A stretch of DNA of 64,000 nucleotides from Neovahlkampfia damariscottae (Eukaryota). Shown in pieces: positions 11,483-24,126 of this stretch (position 1 is its first letter; each line of letters starts with the position of its first letter). The notes under the pieces were generated by a model that was not told the DNA's origin, did no database searches, and saw only the letters and a list, made by a program, of their open reading frames with translations. Both the position numbers and the translations under genes were made by a program. The DNA lies in NCBI GenBank assembly GCA_016618085.1, contig JABLTG010000019.1:62001-126000 (forward strand). Reading direction: 5' to 3'.

Positions 11483-12840
11483 ATGTTGTTAAAACAAAAC
11501 AACAGAATTTTAAAACAATTTTTTAAATCTTCCAAACAATTTTACAGCTCACATCCATTAGAAAAACATTTAAACGATATAAAAAAAGTAAAAAAAAAAA
11601 AAAGTTAAATTTCACACAACCAAGGACATACCCAAATTGATTGTAACTTTCTGAAAAAATAACTTGTTTTAATTAGTCCAAAGAGTTGTCATATATCACA
11701 GAAAAAGATTTTGAAATCGATTCATCCATTAAACAAGGTAATTTTGAAGGTATTTGTGCAAGTTTAAACTTGGATGTACAACGATACTCTGAAGAAAAAA
11801 TTTCAAAATATTTTGATATTGTACAAAAAGAAATTGATGATTTATCCATTTCATTGAAAGAAACAGTTCACTCAAAACATCCAGTGCTTAAAAGTGCTGC
11901 AACTTATTTCTTCAATATTTCAGGCAAGAAGATGAGACCATTGATCATTTTATTGTTATCACATGTTATTTGTCATTCAGATAGAAATGAAGATATTGTT
12001 AAAAAGCATCAAAAATTAGGTGAGATTGTTGAAATGATTCATGTTGCATCTTTGATTCATGATGATATTGTTGATGATAGTCCAATGAGAAGAGGTGTTC
12101 CAACTTTACATACAAAATTTGGAAATAAGATTGCTGTATTGTCAGGTGATTTCTTACTAGCTAGAGCGAGTGTTACTTTGACAAAACTTGGAAATATTGA
12201 AGTTATTCGTTTAATTTCAACAATCATTGAACATTTAGCACATGGTGAAATTTGGCAAATTGCAGGTGTTGGAACAGCTTCATTTGAAGAGTATTTAAGC
12301 AAATCATTTTTCAAAACTGCTTCATTAATTGCTCAAAGTTCAGAATCAACTGCTTTATTGGCTAATCTTTCAGAAGAAGATGCTAAATCATGTTTTGATT
12401 TTGGAAAACATTTAGGTCTTGCTTATCAAGTAATTTATAAATCAATTTTTAATTTGATATTAGTTGGTTGATGATTCATTAGATTTTACTTCAAATGCAG
12501 AAGAGTTAGGAAAACCATCATCAGGAGCAGACATGAAATTAGGTTTAACAACAGGTTTGTTTTATATTTGAATTCTAAAATCTATTCAAAAGCACCTGTT
12601 CATTTTGCAATTCAAGAATTTCCGGAAATTTTAGAATTTGTTGAAAGAAAATATGAAAATCCAAATGATATTGAAAAAACAATTGAATTTGTTAAAAAAA
12701 GCAATGGAGTTGAAAAAGCTAAACTTTTAGCTGCTACTCATTGCAAAAAAGCGATTGAATCTCTTAAAAATTTTGAACAATCACCGTATCTTGATTCTTT
12801 AATTTACTTAGTCGGACTCACATTGAATAGAACAAAATAA
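11483..12840 (+). CDS. Mitochondrial trans-polyprenyl diphosphate synthase (COQ1/PDSS1-like), 4 introns
   Basis: GKKMRP, LIHDDIVD..RRG, KTASL, and the second DDxxD (YQ|LVDDSLD) after splicing; presequence-like N-terminus. Confidence 0.93.
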
Positions 12841-12958
12841 AATATTTTAAAAATATAATCACAAAAAAATCACTTTCTAATTGGATGGGATTGACCAATA
12901 AAAACCTTTAAAAAATCAACAAATCGAAACTTTTAAATTTTCAAAACATACAACATAA

Positions 12959-13408
12959 ATGGAACGTACTTTTGTAGCTTGTAAACCAGACGCTGTTCAA
13001 AGAGGACTCATTGGAGAAATCTTTTCAAGATTCGAAAAAAGAGGATTCAAATTAGTTGCTGCTAAATTTTTATTACCAAGTGAAGAATTAGCAAAAAAAC
13101 ATTATGCTGAACACTCTGAAAAACCATTTTTCGGTGGTCTCATTGGATTCATCACATCAGGACCAGTTTTTGCTATGGTTTGGGAAGGTAAAGGTGTTGT
13201 TGCTGCTGTAAGAAAAATGTTAGGTGCTACAAAACCATTAGAATCAGAACCAGGTACAATCAGAGGAGATCTTGCTGTTGATATGGGAAGAAACATCTGT
13301 CACGCATCAGCTACTGTTGAAGAAGGAAAAGCTGAAATTGCTCTTTGGTTCAAAGAAGAAGAACTTGTTCAATGGAAAAGAAACCAAGAAACTGCTCTTT
13401 ATGAATAA
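12959..13408 (+). CDS. NDK: Nucleoside diphosphate kinase (intronless)
   Basis: [29 protein letters not shown] (catalytic His). Confidence 0.98.
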   Translation: MERTFVACKPDAVQRGLIGEIFSRFEKRGFKLVAAKFLLPSEELAKKHYAEHSEKPFFGGLIGFITSGPVFAMVWEGKGVVAAVRKMLGATKPLESEPGTIRGDLAVDMGRNICHASATVEEGKAEIALWFKEEELVQWKRNQETALYE

Positions 13409-13414
13409 ATTTCT

Positions 13415-14576
13415 TTAATTAATTAAACATGAGCAACAAGTTGTTTCTTCGTAATATTGTTTGTTACCGTTATGAACACTCAATAAAGAAGTTGTTTCAT
13501 GTAAGGATTTTACTCTATCTCTTCCGTCACTTGTATCAACATCATTACTATTTGTTCTTGAATGAAAACCTGGAACGAAACTTTGATCTCTTTTTGGATA
13601 AACAAATAAAAGAGGAATACTACAATCTAAATCTGAACCTGTTCCTAAATCTAAATGAATTTGTAAACTAAAAAGTTAATATATTCTAATACTTACAAAT
13701 ATTTTGCTTGAATTATTTCACCATTTGTATTTGGTTGTAATTTTGAAGGAACGTTGATTTTGATGGTTCGTGTATCTTTTGTTTGAGCTTCTACTCCTGT
13801 TAAAATATCTGAAAAACATTCATTGATGGTTTGGAAATATTGTGAATCAGCCTGTGCTGTTAAATGTAATAGTAATTTGACACTAATAAGTGAAACTTGT
13901 CTTGAAGTTTCATTTGTAATATTTGAAATGATTCTTATTTGTTCACCTACTTTATAGATATCTTTCTCTAAATCCAATTTCATTGTTACCGAACCTTGTC
14001 AAGTTGATTTTTTTTTTTTTTTTACTGTTGTCTGGAAAAACTTTGTTTTTTGCACTGATTATAGGTTTTGATAATTTTGATTCTTCATCACAAATTATGA
14101 GTTCTTCATAAGTTTCTATTTTTTTTCCTTTCGTAAATTCAACTAAAAGAATTGCTTCATAGAAAATAGTTGAAATGACTTTTTTGTTGAATTGTTTTAT
14201 AGTTGTATGAAATGAAGAAGGTAACTCGGAGTCGGGTAATTGATGTTCAAAAGGATATTCGTAAGAACCTAATCGTGTGAAAAAAAAAATTAAATTTCAC
14301 ATTCTTTACCTGGATAAAAGTCACCACTTTCTGCGATTAAAATAGTTTCATTTAATAGAGGTTTTGTATTTGATTTCATTTTTTTGAAGTCATCTTCATA
14401 CTCCACTTTCTTTTGTTGTTAATTTTTTTTTTTCAAACTTCGTATCCATAAAATTGAAGTGAAATCGCCTCAACTTTTCTTTCCCAATTTACATTTATGT
14501 ATATATCACCAGTTACTATTTCTCCACTTTTATAGCAGGTTTTATGAAACGATATGGAAGCTTCATCCTTTACCAT
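13415..14576 (-). CDS. Arrestin-domain (alpha-arrestin-like) protein, 4 introns
   Basis: YKSGEIVTGDIYI..FYGYE, YEYPFEHQLP..LPSSF, LEKDIYKVGEQI..NITNETSRQV; ends TTCCSCLIN*. Confidence 0.85.
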
Positions 14577-15068
14577 TGTTTTTTTTGGTGTTTGGAATAA
14601 TCCAATCAAATGAGTTTGCAAAGGAAATTTTGGAATGTCAAAATTGACTTCACAATAAAAACTGAACCAAGAAAACTCTCATTCAAAAAATTCCTAAGTG
14701 GAAACTTGATAAAGAAACATTGGAAATTACGAAAAAGCATCAAAGTAAAATATTTTATGGAAAAGAAGAAACTGAATGATTTATATATTTATTTGTTGAA
14801 CAACAAATTCGTGTTTATGTAACAAACCAAACGTTTTAATAGAATTAAACAAAGTGAATTCTCAGAAAATGTTGGAAGTTGGTTCACGTGTTTTTGTGTT
14901 GATCTATTTCATAGAACTAAAAAACAGTTAAATACTTATTCAGATAGCTTTAATAAAATAATGCATCATCATGACATTTACATTTAATAAAATGGAATTC
15001 GGAATGTAGTATAGTTGTGTAAAAATTATGAACAAAATCAGTAAATTTGTTGGAAAAAATGACTGGAA

Positions 15069-15995
15069 GTGAAACCAGAACAATGGCCAATAAAAATGAT
15101 AAACCAATCATCAATGCCGACATCAAAAGAAATCATGCTCAAGGCAATACGAAAGAAATTACGAGGAATCAAAAATCTTTCTGAAAATGTCTCAGATTTC
15201 ATCAAAAAAGGACATTTGAATAGAAAATACGCCACACAAAAACATCAAGACTCTTTCACTCGTATCACTTCAAAAGATGATCCTTTATCAATCCAAGTTC
15301 CAATATTAGTTCCTGAAATAGTTCTACCAACTAAAATCTATTCAGAACCACAAGATGATTTGTCTAAAGAATTCAAGAAAATTCTATTCCAAGTTTTAAC
15401 ATCAGATGATTACAACTTGAAGAAATTCGAAAGTATACCTTTATTAAAAGTTATTGCTGACAAAAATCCTGTGATTGAATATCCAGAGTGGATTCAATTT
15501 CATGAATGGAAAGCATCACAATGTTCAACTGAAGAAGACTGGGATTTCTTCAAAAATAAAGACCATTTTTTAGATAAAATGGTTATATTATCAAAGGATT
15601 TTCATAGTGATTTCTTTATTTTATGGAAAATAAACAGCAAATACTACTATTTCAGTTTAAGTTCAAGATGGTCTCTATTTCGGATTACTAAGGAAGAACA
15701 TGAGAAATGTCAGTGTTCAACTGATATTTCAAAAGCATATTATGAGAATTATTGGAACGAAAAGAGAGGATTGAAACAAGGAACGTCAAAAGAAAGAATG
15801 ATGATCAAAGAAATTTTAAGGAATTTAGGTGGATCACTTGAAGTTTGTATTGAACTTCCAGAAAATAGAGAAGAAAGAATATCAGTTACTAATGGAAACC
15901 AACTGAAAATCAATTTAAATAAGAGGAATTTTCATTACTTAGTTGGAAAAGAAAATGCTGATCATTTATTAAACCTTGCAAATTTAAGCGATTAA
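15069..15995 (+). CDS. Hypothetical intronless protein (~300 aa; first ATG at 15096)
   Basis: 927-nt open frame in very AT-rich DNA; no family recognised. Confidence 0.6.
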   Translation: MKPEQWPIKMINQSSMPTSKEIMLKAIRKKLRGIKNLSENVSDFIKKGHLNRKYATQKHQDSFTRITSKDDPLSIQVPILVPEIVLPTKIYSEPQDDLSKEFKKILFQVLTSDDYNLKKFESIPLLKVIADKNPVIEYPEWIQFHEWKASQCSTEEDWDFFKNKDHFLDKMVILSKDFHSDFFILWKINSKYYYFSLSSRWSLFRITKEEHEKCQCSTDISKAYYENYWNEKRGLKQGTSKERMMIKEILRNLGGSLEVCIELPENREERISVTNGNQLKINLNKRNFHYLVGKENADHLLNLANLSD

Positions 15996-16227
15996 ATTTT
16001 TTTTCCTTTGAATCATTTTGTTTTCAAAGAATAGGAAATGAAGAATTTTGTCTTTCTAGACCAAGGACCATGGTCCAAATCCGATTTCTAATGTTTTTGA
16101 GTGTTACTATTTCTTCATGACTTCAAGTGTACCTGGTTCGTCTCCTGGATTGTCTTTCTTCAGTATAACAAAAAAAAATTTTTCTGTAGTTTTTTTCATC
16201 CAATCAAATTCTTTTTTTAAGATAAAA

Positions 16228-16522
16228 ATGTCTTCAGGTTACGGATTGAAAACAAAATACGGAAAATGTTACGGTGAATATATGGACGCTAGAAAATGTG
16301 CTGTACATGCTGCTGACTTTAAAGAATGTAAACCAATCAGTGAAGATTTTTTTGAATGTTTACATAACCTCAAAGAAGTAAAAATTGAAAAAAAGAAAAA
16401 TTCTAAATTTTTAATAGAAAGAATGGTTGAGAAAAGTAGATTTAAAAATATCAGAAAAAAAAGAAGAATACCTCAAAACACATCCAAAAGAAAATAGTTG
16501 GAGAAGCAAGCTTCCATTTTGA
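16228..16522 (+). CDS. NDUFS5: NADH dehydrogenase complex I subunit NDUFS5 (twin Cx9C), 1 intron
   Basis: MSSGYGL...C-x9-C-x9-C-x9-C with EDFFECLHNLKE; intron 16378-16417. Confidence 0.85.
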
Positions 16523-16681
16523 ATAAAAAAAAAAATAATTTGAATATAATTTTAGTTCATTTTTGCCAGTGATTGAGTTCAACCAAAATGTTTAAACAAC
16601 TGTTTAATAACTTTGTTTGAACAAGTTGAATAAAAAAATAAAATAACCACCAATCAAATAAGTAAAATTATTTTTGATAGA

Positions 16682-16869
16682 ACACTTGGATTAACAACTA
16701 CAGCATCATGGCATGATAAATATAAAGAGAGTGCATACATTTATATTAGTGGTATTGATTTATGACTGCAAAGAATAATGTCAGTTGATCATAAATTAGG
16801 ATATTTTAGAAAAGAAAAAACAAATGGTGAAGAAGAAATACTTTCATTTCAAAATCTTCATTTTTTCTA
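16682..16869 (+). pseudogene. RBMX2/IST3 (Snu17) pseudogene with most of the RRM deleted
   Basis: LGLTTTASWHDKYKESAYIYISGIDL*LQRIMSVDHKLGY: the RBMX2 SWH..YK.SA.I..GG segment fused directly to the R.I.VDH...Y end of the RRM, with an in-frame TGA and no start codon. Confidence 0.75.
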
Positions 16870-16975
16870 ATTTTTTAGTTCTTTCTTTTTATTCTTCATC
16901 CATAAACGGAAATTTTTTTGGGTATTATTCCTATTTAACCAATGAATATCTTTCTCGGATGCAATTCGAAAGAGA

Positions 16976-17722
<747 letters not shown>

Positions 17723-17729
17723 ACATTTT

Positions 17730-18896
17730 TTAAATTTTATTTACCATTGAAACTGTTCCTCTTCTAGTTGTCAATGCAATTTTTTTTTCACAACTCGCTC
17801 CACATGAAATTTTACCAATTTTTTCAAAAGGTTGATTAACAATGTATTGTATACTAGTTCTAAATCCTGATATTATCACTCTCCCTTGATATGTTTTCAT
17901 ATGAAATTCTGTGGATGGAATTTCCTTTGTTGATTCAAAATAAATATTTGAACTCAAACTTTCCGATGTCAAGCTTCGAAATTGATTTAATCTAAAGTAA
18001 TTTTGATTTCCTTCTTGTGAATTCACATGAATTGAACAATTATAAGTATTAATGTCAGAAATGGTAATTGGATTTCCACCAATCACTGCAATCTTTGAAC
18101 AATCTTTTATATTCTGTAAAGCAATATTAGCATTTGAATTGATATTGACAGATGACATTTGTCCTGATACTGAACATTGATGATCTCTCACAATGGTATT
18201 CATAGTATTTACAACTTCAACTCTTGATACTTTACTTTGTTGAAGAGTTAATTGTCCAATAGTATCCACATTCAATAAATTTGAATGTATATTTAATAAA
18301 TCAACATTTCCTTTTGAATTATTTTCTAAATACATTGTTGATAATTTTACAGTCTTTGGTAGACCCAAAGTGACCAAAGCAGTTGGACAATCAATTGAAT
18401 TCCAACCTGATCTATCTGTCATGACAATAGACAAAGAATCACCTTTTAATTCAACTGCGTATGATATTAATGAAAGACTTTCGTTGTTATATGCTCTCAT
18501 TGTTATTCTTAAAGTTACATTTGAAATAATATCACTTCTTTCTATAGCAATTGAATTTCTTGCCCATGAACGTGGTCTTGGCATTATTAAACGTACATTA
18601 TTTATGTGGTTTGGAAAAAATTGAAAAGAGTCTCTTGATGGATAACTTGCTTCTCCGTTCTGTATCAGTTCTGCGCATCTTTCTTCAAGGACTTGTCTTA
18701 AGACAAAGTAAGCTGTTGTTATACCTCCTCCTACAAGTGAAAAAATGATTATTGTCATGATCAATAGAACCAGTGCTAGTGAGCATAAAATTTTTTTTGT
18801 TTTTAAGCTTTTTTCAAGTTTTGCGATTTTTTCTGGTTGTTCATATGAATTTAGGATTGGATCTAATTCGGAGTTTCTTGTTCTAAATGATTTCAT
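17730..18896 (-). CDS. Type II single-pass membrane protein with beta-helix (DUF4097/adhesin-like) ectodomain, intronless
   Basis: N-terminal TM helix, then repeated beta-strand units ending LTTRRGTV. Confidence 0.6.
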   Translation of the reverse strand: MKSFRTRNSELDPILNSYEQPEKIAKLEKSLKTKKILCSLALVLLIMTIIIFSLVGGGITTAYFVLRQVLEERCAELIQNGEASYPSRDSFQFFPNHINNVRLIMPRPRSWARNSIAIERSDIISNVTLRITMRAYNNESLSLISYAVELKGDSLSIVMTDRSGWNSIDCPTALVTLGLPKTVKLSTMYLENNSKGNVDLLNIHSNLLNVDTIGQLTLQQSKVSRVEVVNTMNTIVRDHQCSVSGQMSSVNINSNANIALQNIKDCSKIAVIGGNPITISDINTYNCSIHVNSQEGNQNYFRLNQFRSLTSESLSSNIYFESTKEIPSTEFHMKTYQGRVIISGFRTSIQYIVNQPFEKIGKISCGASCEKKIALTTRRGTVSMVNKI

Positions 18897-19118
18897 GTTT
18901 GTTTTAACAATTGGACGTCAGTTTGAGTGTTCAACAAACCGTTGTTTTTTTTTCTAAAAAAAATTGACCAATCAATCACATTGGAAACTACAACTTTTTC
19001 AGAACTGTCATTTTTTGAATAATTTATTATGAAAATTTAACAAATTTTGGAAATAACAGAATTCCTTTTGATTGGTCATTTTTCTGTATTTTCATTCGTC
19101 CATTCAATAACAGTAACA

Positions 19119-19921
19119 ATGAGCAACAACAATAAAAAAGAAAGAGAAATTGTAGTAAAAGTTGTGGTTTGTGGAGATGGTGCTGTGGGAAAGACATGTA
19201 AAAAAACTTTAAAAAAAAAACTAAATTCTGTTTCCAGGTAAAAAAAAAGTAACCAAAACATTTCCAACTAAAAAAAAAAGATAAAAATTAATCATAAAAA
19301 AACAAAATAGGTATTTTAGCAGTATATCAGAAAGGACAATTTCCAGAGAAATATATTCCAACAGTTTTTGAAAATTATACCATGTCCATTCCATTTGGAG
19401 AAAGAAAAATTTCAGCAACTCTATGGGATACAGCAGGACAAGAAGATTATGATAAACTTCGTCCTTTAAGTTATCCAGGAACAGACTGTTTCGTACTTTG
19501 TTTTTCAATTTCAGATCCAATTTCAATGGAAAACATCAAAGGAAAAGTAATTTCACATTGATTTTAAAATTTATTTCAAGTGGGTACCTGAAATAAATAA
19601 AGAAACAGGTGGAAATTGCAAATTCATAATTTGTGGAACAAAAAAAGATTTAAGAGAAGATCAAAAAACTATCGATAGTCTATCAGCAAAAGGACTAAAA
19701 CCAGTATCTACAGAAGAAGGAGAAGCTTTTGCAAAATCAATTGGTGCAAAACATTACGTTGGTAAAAAAAAAAAAAAAATCTTTTAACACAAGTCTAAGA
19801 ATGCTCTGCTAAAGAGAATGACGGAGTAAAACAAGTTTTTGACAAAGCATTTAAAACCGGAATTTTTGATAAATCACCAAATACATCAGGCTCATCCAAA
19901 GGAGGTTGTCAAATATTGTAA
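19119..19921 (+). CDS. Rho-family GTPase with a compound 113-nt first intron and 2 further introns
   Basis: GDGAVGKT|CILAVY, YIPTVFENY, LWDTAGQEDYDKLRPLSYPGTD, GTKKDLR, ECSAK, CaaX CQIL. Confidence 0.96.
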
Positions 19922-20566
19922 AGTATTTGAGTGCATCCATTACACATTATCAAATTGTATAAAACAATTTTTTTATTTTTACACTTTTTTTCCACACTTT
20001 ATCATTTCTGAATCCTGTAAGTGGACAATCAAGTTTCAAAAATCAATAAAATAGCTGATCTTTTTCCATTGTTCGAATTTTTTTTATTTTGAATATTTTG
20101 ATGTGTTTATTAGGTTCAATAATTGTTTCTAGTCATGGACTATCAACTGACGTGGACCTCAACTCTACGGAATTTTCCTCAATTTGAATCTCTAGAACAG
20201 AAACTCAAAATGATCCCATCTATCAAAAGAAATGAAGAATTTCTATTGTTTACGGGTAAAACCAATGCCAAATTGAAATTATTTCCTGTGAAACTAATTT
20301 TTCAAATAACTTTGTGTTTACGAAATTTGTGATAAAATATTATGGAACCATAATTTTATGCAAAGAAAAGTGTACCGTTCTAGAGATAAAGAATTCTTTG
20401 AATTGATAAAGAAACATGAATCTAACAACTTTCACTTTACTTTTGTAGTATCCAGGCTTCAAAGGTCATTTTAAGAGTTGAAGAATAATGGAATTGTAAT
20501 CATTTTTTTTTCGTAAAGAAATTAGAACGTAGACTCTTTCAAGATTTTTTAAAAATTAAAAAAAAT

Positions 20567-20937
20567 TTATTCATCATGTTCATCCTCTTGTTTTGCGACA
20601 ACAGCTGATTCTTGACTTCTGACGTAGTAAAGTAGAAATCCTAAACCTCCGAAAATTATTCCGCATAAAATTAAAACAACTCCTCCACCTGATACTAATC
20701 CGATACCAATATTGAAATCTGGTTGATATCCTTGACGAAGAACAAGTAAAACAATACCTAAAAATTTAAGAAAACATTGAAATAAGACTTACCAACAATG
20801 AAAAGTGGTCCACATAATAATACAGTAATGACAGCTGCTGTCCATGCATAAATATCAAAAGGAACATCATATAATGCGATACGAAGATCTCTTTTATAAG
20901 GTAATTCTGCTGCTTCGAGGTATTCTTTGCTACTCAT
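20567..20937 (-). CDS. Small two-TM membrane protein, 1 intron (absent from the ORF track)
   Basis: MSSKEYLEAAELPY...VLLCGPLFIV|GIVLLVLR...GGLGFLLYYVR...DE*; intron 20758-20792 (GTAAGT...TAG). Confidence 0.7.
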
Positions 20938-21006
20938 TAAAACAACGTTTTATTTTTTATCCAATCGGAGATTTCTTTTCATCAAGTTATTTTTAAATTG
21001 ACTGTT

Positions 21007-21816
21007 ATGAAGAAAATTCATCCGAAGAGAAATTTGTGTATTTTTTCAGACTTTGATTCAACCATCACAAAAAAAGATGCTTGTTTGAAAATACCAAATT
21101 TAAAAACACAAAAAGATTGGAATAGAGTTTCTTCTTCTTACCTCAAACATTTCCAACAAAATTTTGAAAACAATTTTGAAAATTTGAAGAAAGGAAAAAA
21201 GGAGTTTAAAGATTTGATGTTTGAATTTTCAAAAGAGTTGGACATTTCTGAACAGTTTGGTGTTTCAAAATTAGAAGAGTATAAAATATTGAAAGGAATT
21301 CAAAAGAAACAGTTGTTTGATTTAGGTTTTACTACAGAACAGAAAGAGTATTTTTCAGATTTTATCAATTTAGTTCATAAGCTCAATATACCTTTTCATG
21401 TAGTCTCATCAAATTGGAGTTTTGATGTAATTCGTGGAAATTTATCAAAAAACGGAATAGAAGCATGCTTTTATAAACAAAATCAAGAAGATAAATTCAT
21501 TGTTTTTTCAGATGATTTGGAGTTTCAACAAAATATTGCCACTGGAAATTTTTTAACCAAAGAAGCAACGAGTTCACTGGGAAAATTGAAATACATCAAG
21601 GATATAATGAAGAAATACCATAATTCTAAATCTGTGTATATTGGTGATGACTGGGTTGATTTAAGTTGTTTGCTTGAAGTTGATTATCCAATTATCATTA
21701 ATCCAACAGAAAAGTTGAATATTTTGATTGATCAGTTAAATGATTCATGTAAGAATTTCCATTATGTAGATTCATGGAGTGCTGTAGTTCATCTGATTGA
21801 ATCATTTGATGAATAA
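21007..21816 (+). CDS. HAD-superfamily phosphatase (thiamine-phosphate-phosphatase-like), intronless
   Basis: Motif I FSDFDSTIT, motif II VSSNWS, motif IV YIGDDWVD. Confidence 0.85.
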   Translation: MKKIHPKRNLCIFSDFDSTITKKDACLKIPNLKTQKDWNRVSSSYLKHFQQNFENNFENLKKGKKEFKDLMFEFSKELDISEQFGVSKLEEYKILKGIQKKQLFDLGFTTEQKEYFSDFINLVHKLNIPFHVVSSNWSFDVIRGNLSKNGIEACFYKQNQEDKFIVFSDDLEFQQNIATGNFLTKEATSSLGKLKYIKDIMKKYHNSKSVYIGDDWVDLSCLLEVDYPIIINPTEKLNILIDQLNDSCKNFHYVDSWSAVVHLIESFDE

Positions 21817-22082
21817 TTTATCTCACTTGAATAGATCAGTTTTACAGTCGAAGAATATTGTCATCAACTATTATTCTAGGTTATGGTGCATTATTTTTAA
21901 TGAATAGGAGATGACAACAACTAACCCAAAATAAAAGTTAGAATTATCCCCTTTGAGAGAAATAGATTTTTGTTTATAACAAGTTGTTTTTATAAAGACA
22001 GAATTTCCTTCTTTTTGAACGAGAAATAGTTCCATGTATTTGTTCTTATCACTTTTTAGAATTATCCAATCACTTTTTCATC

Positions 22083-24126
22083 ATGTTGGTCAATCACCAC
22101 CAACACTCAACGCAAGAAAATGGTAACTCAAAAAAAAAAGTTGACAAAATAGAAATAATTAATGCCATCTCTGAAAATGATATTCAAAAATTAAAATCCT
22201 TTAACCTCTCAAAAGAGAAAGTAAATTCAACTGATTCGTTTCGAGGTGCTACACTTCTCCACTGGGCAGCTTTTCACCAAAGCATTGGAATATGTCAATA
22301 TTTGAGTAAAAAACATTTAAAAATTAAATTTTCAAAAGTATCACTTGGTGCAGATGTGAATGCAGTTACAAAAGAAGAAAATCAAGAAAGTGTTGTAAAA
22401 AATTTTTCAAAATTTTTAATCATAAAATTAGTTAATTTGGGGTATATTAGGTGCTAATATACAAATTGTTAAAAATTTAATTGATAATGGAGCCAAAATT
22501 GATGTACATGATAGTCAAGGAATGTCTCCATTAATGGTGGCTGTACAAAAAGGATTTCTTTTTATTTCACATTATTTATTATCAATAGGTGATTCAATAA
22601 ATCATAAAGATAAGTCAGATCACACAATGGTTCATTGGGCTTCTTATAATGGACACTTACATGTTTTAAAATATTTAGTTGAATTTAAAGGACAAAGAGT
22701 GATAGATATTGACTCTAAAGGAAGGACACCATTACATTGGTCGGCTAAACAAGGACATTTAGATGTTTGTAAATATTTAATCTTAAAAGTATTTTTCACA
22801 ATTTTTTTAAAGTCTATTTAGGGTGCTCATTTGAATGTTTTAGATAATGATGACAATACACCAACATTTTTAGCAAGAACAAATAATCATAATTCTGTTG
22901 CTTATCTGTTGAAACATTTTGAAAAAAGCCACAATATTGATTTGACACATCCACTTTTACAAATTCAAAAAACAAAGGTATTCGAATTTAATTCATCTAA
23001 AACTTAAATCAGACTTACTTTGATTATTTTAAAGATTATTATCAACTTGGTGGTTTTATTTTTGGTTTTTTAGGAATGACTATTTTGACTTATATTATTT
23101 CTGCTTTTTCTATTTTATTCACAATTGTCAATTTTATTGTTTATTTTATTTTAGCTTATAAATTAGCTTCATATCTATATGGTAAAGATAATTATCATAC
23201 ATTATGTGTTGGTTGGTTTTTCGGAACAATTCAAATGACATTTTATGTTTATTATTACCAAATATATCAAGGACCTTATTCGTATGAATTTTGATATTTT
23301 AATGAATTTCTCTTATAGATTTTTGAACCCTCCAATATATTTTATTTGTTTTATTTTAATGGTAGTTTTAGTGAGTTGGTTTTTTTCAACTTTTTTGGAT
23401 CCTGGATTTATTCCATTAGGATCTTTCAAAGATTCTGATTTGTTAGAATTCATTGAAAAAGGAATTGCAACTCAGAAAAAATTTTGTGAGAAATGTTTTA
23501 TCATGAAACCTTTACGTTCAAAACATGATAAACATTCTGATAGATGTGTTGGTAGATTTGATCATTTCTGTATTTGGACAAATAGATCAGTTGGATTTAG
23601 AAATCATAGACCATTTATGGTATTTATATATTCAATTGGAATTGCAATCATATATCTTGCATATATCACTTATGATCGTAAATTTTAGTTTTTAACACAA
23701 AATTTTAGATTTAACACAAATTGATGAAATTTCATGGACATTTCTTTTTTATAAACATATAATGATAACGTGGTATGTTAACTTGTTTGTTAATGAAATA
23801 GGGTACTTTTTATTCATAATGGTTTATTTTTCATATTTGTTGTTTTTCAAATTGTAGTTCAAACAAAAAATATGTTATTCAATGACACAATAATTGAAAC
23901 TATATTTCATGATAGATTAACCTATATTTTGCATAATACAGAAAATAAGTATCTCAATTTATTTGATGAAGGCTACTGGAAGAATTTGTTGCAATTTTGG
24001 ATTCCAAAGTACAACTACCAAAATCTGTATTCATTAACAGTCTCAGAATTAACAAAACAAAAAGGTTCAAAGTTGAATATTGAATGCCCTGATCAAATCT
24101 CGGTTGTTGAAAAAATTTCAGTTTAA
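22083..24126 (+). CDS. Ankyrin-repeat DHHC palmitoyltransferase (Akr1/ZDHHC17-like), 7 introns
   Basis: Ankyrin repeats (TLLHWAA, TPLHWSA), TM helices, DPG, FCEKC..KPLRSKH..CVGRFDHFCIW..VGFRNHRPF. Confidence 0.92.

Noticed and set aside
16059..16155. tRNA-like look (GGTTCG..CC, CTTCAA, palindrome GGACCATGGTCC)
   Set aside because: Acceptor and T stems do not pair and the spacing does not fit a cloverleaf or tRNA-Sec.
19238..19280. Alternative parse of the Rho intron as three serial introns or with an 11-nt exon
   Set aside because: It leaves a last unit starting with AT (no GT donor) or inserts residues and a frameshift into the conserved GKTC region.
20060..20520. Short ORF 20123-20332 and adjacent broken frames
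   Set aside because: Could not build a spliced gene or recognise a family; possibly decayed sequence.
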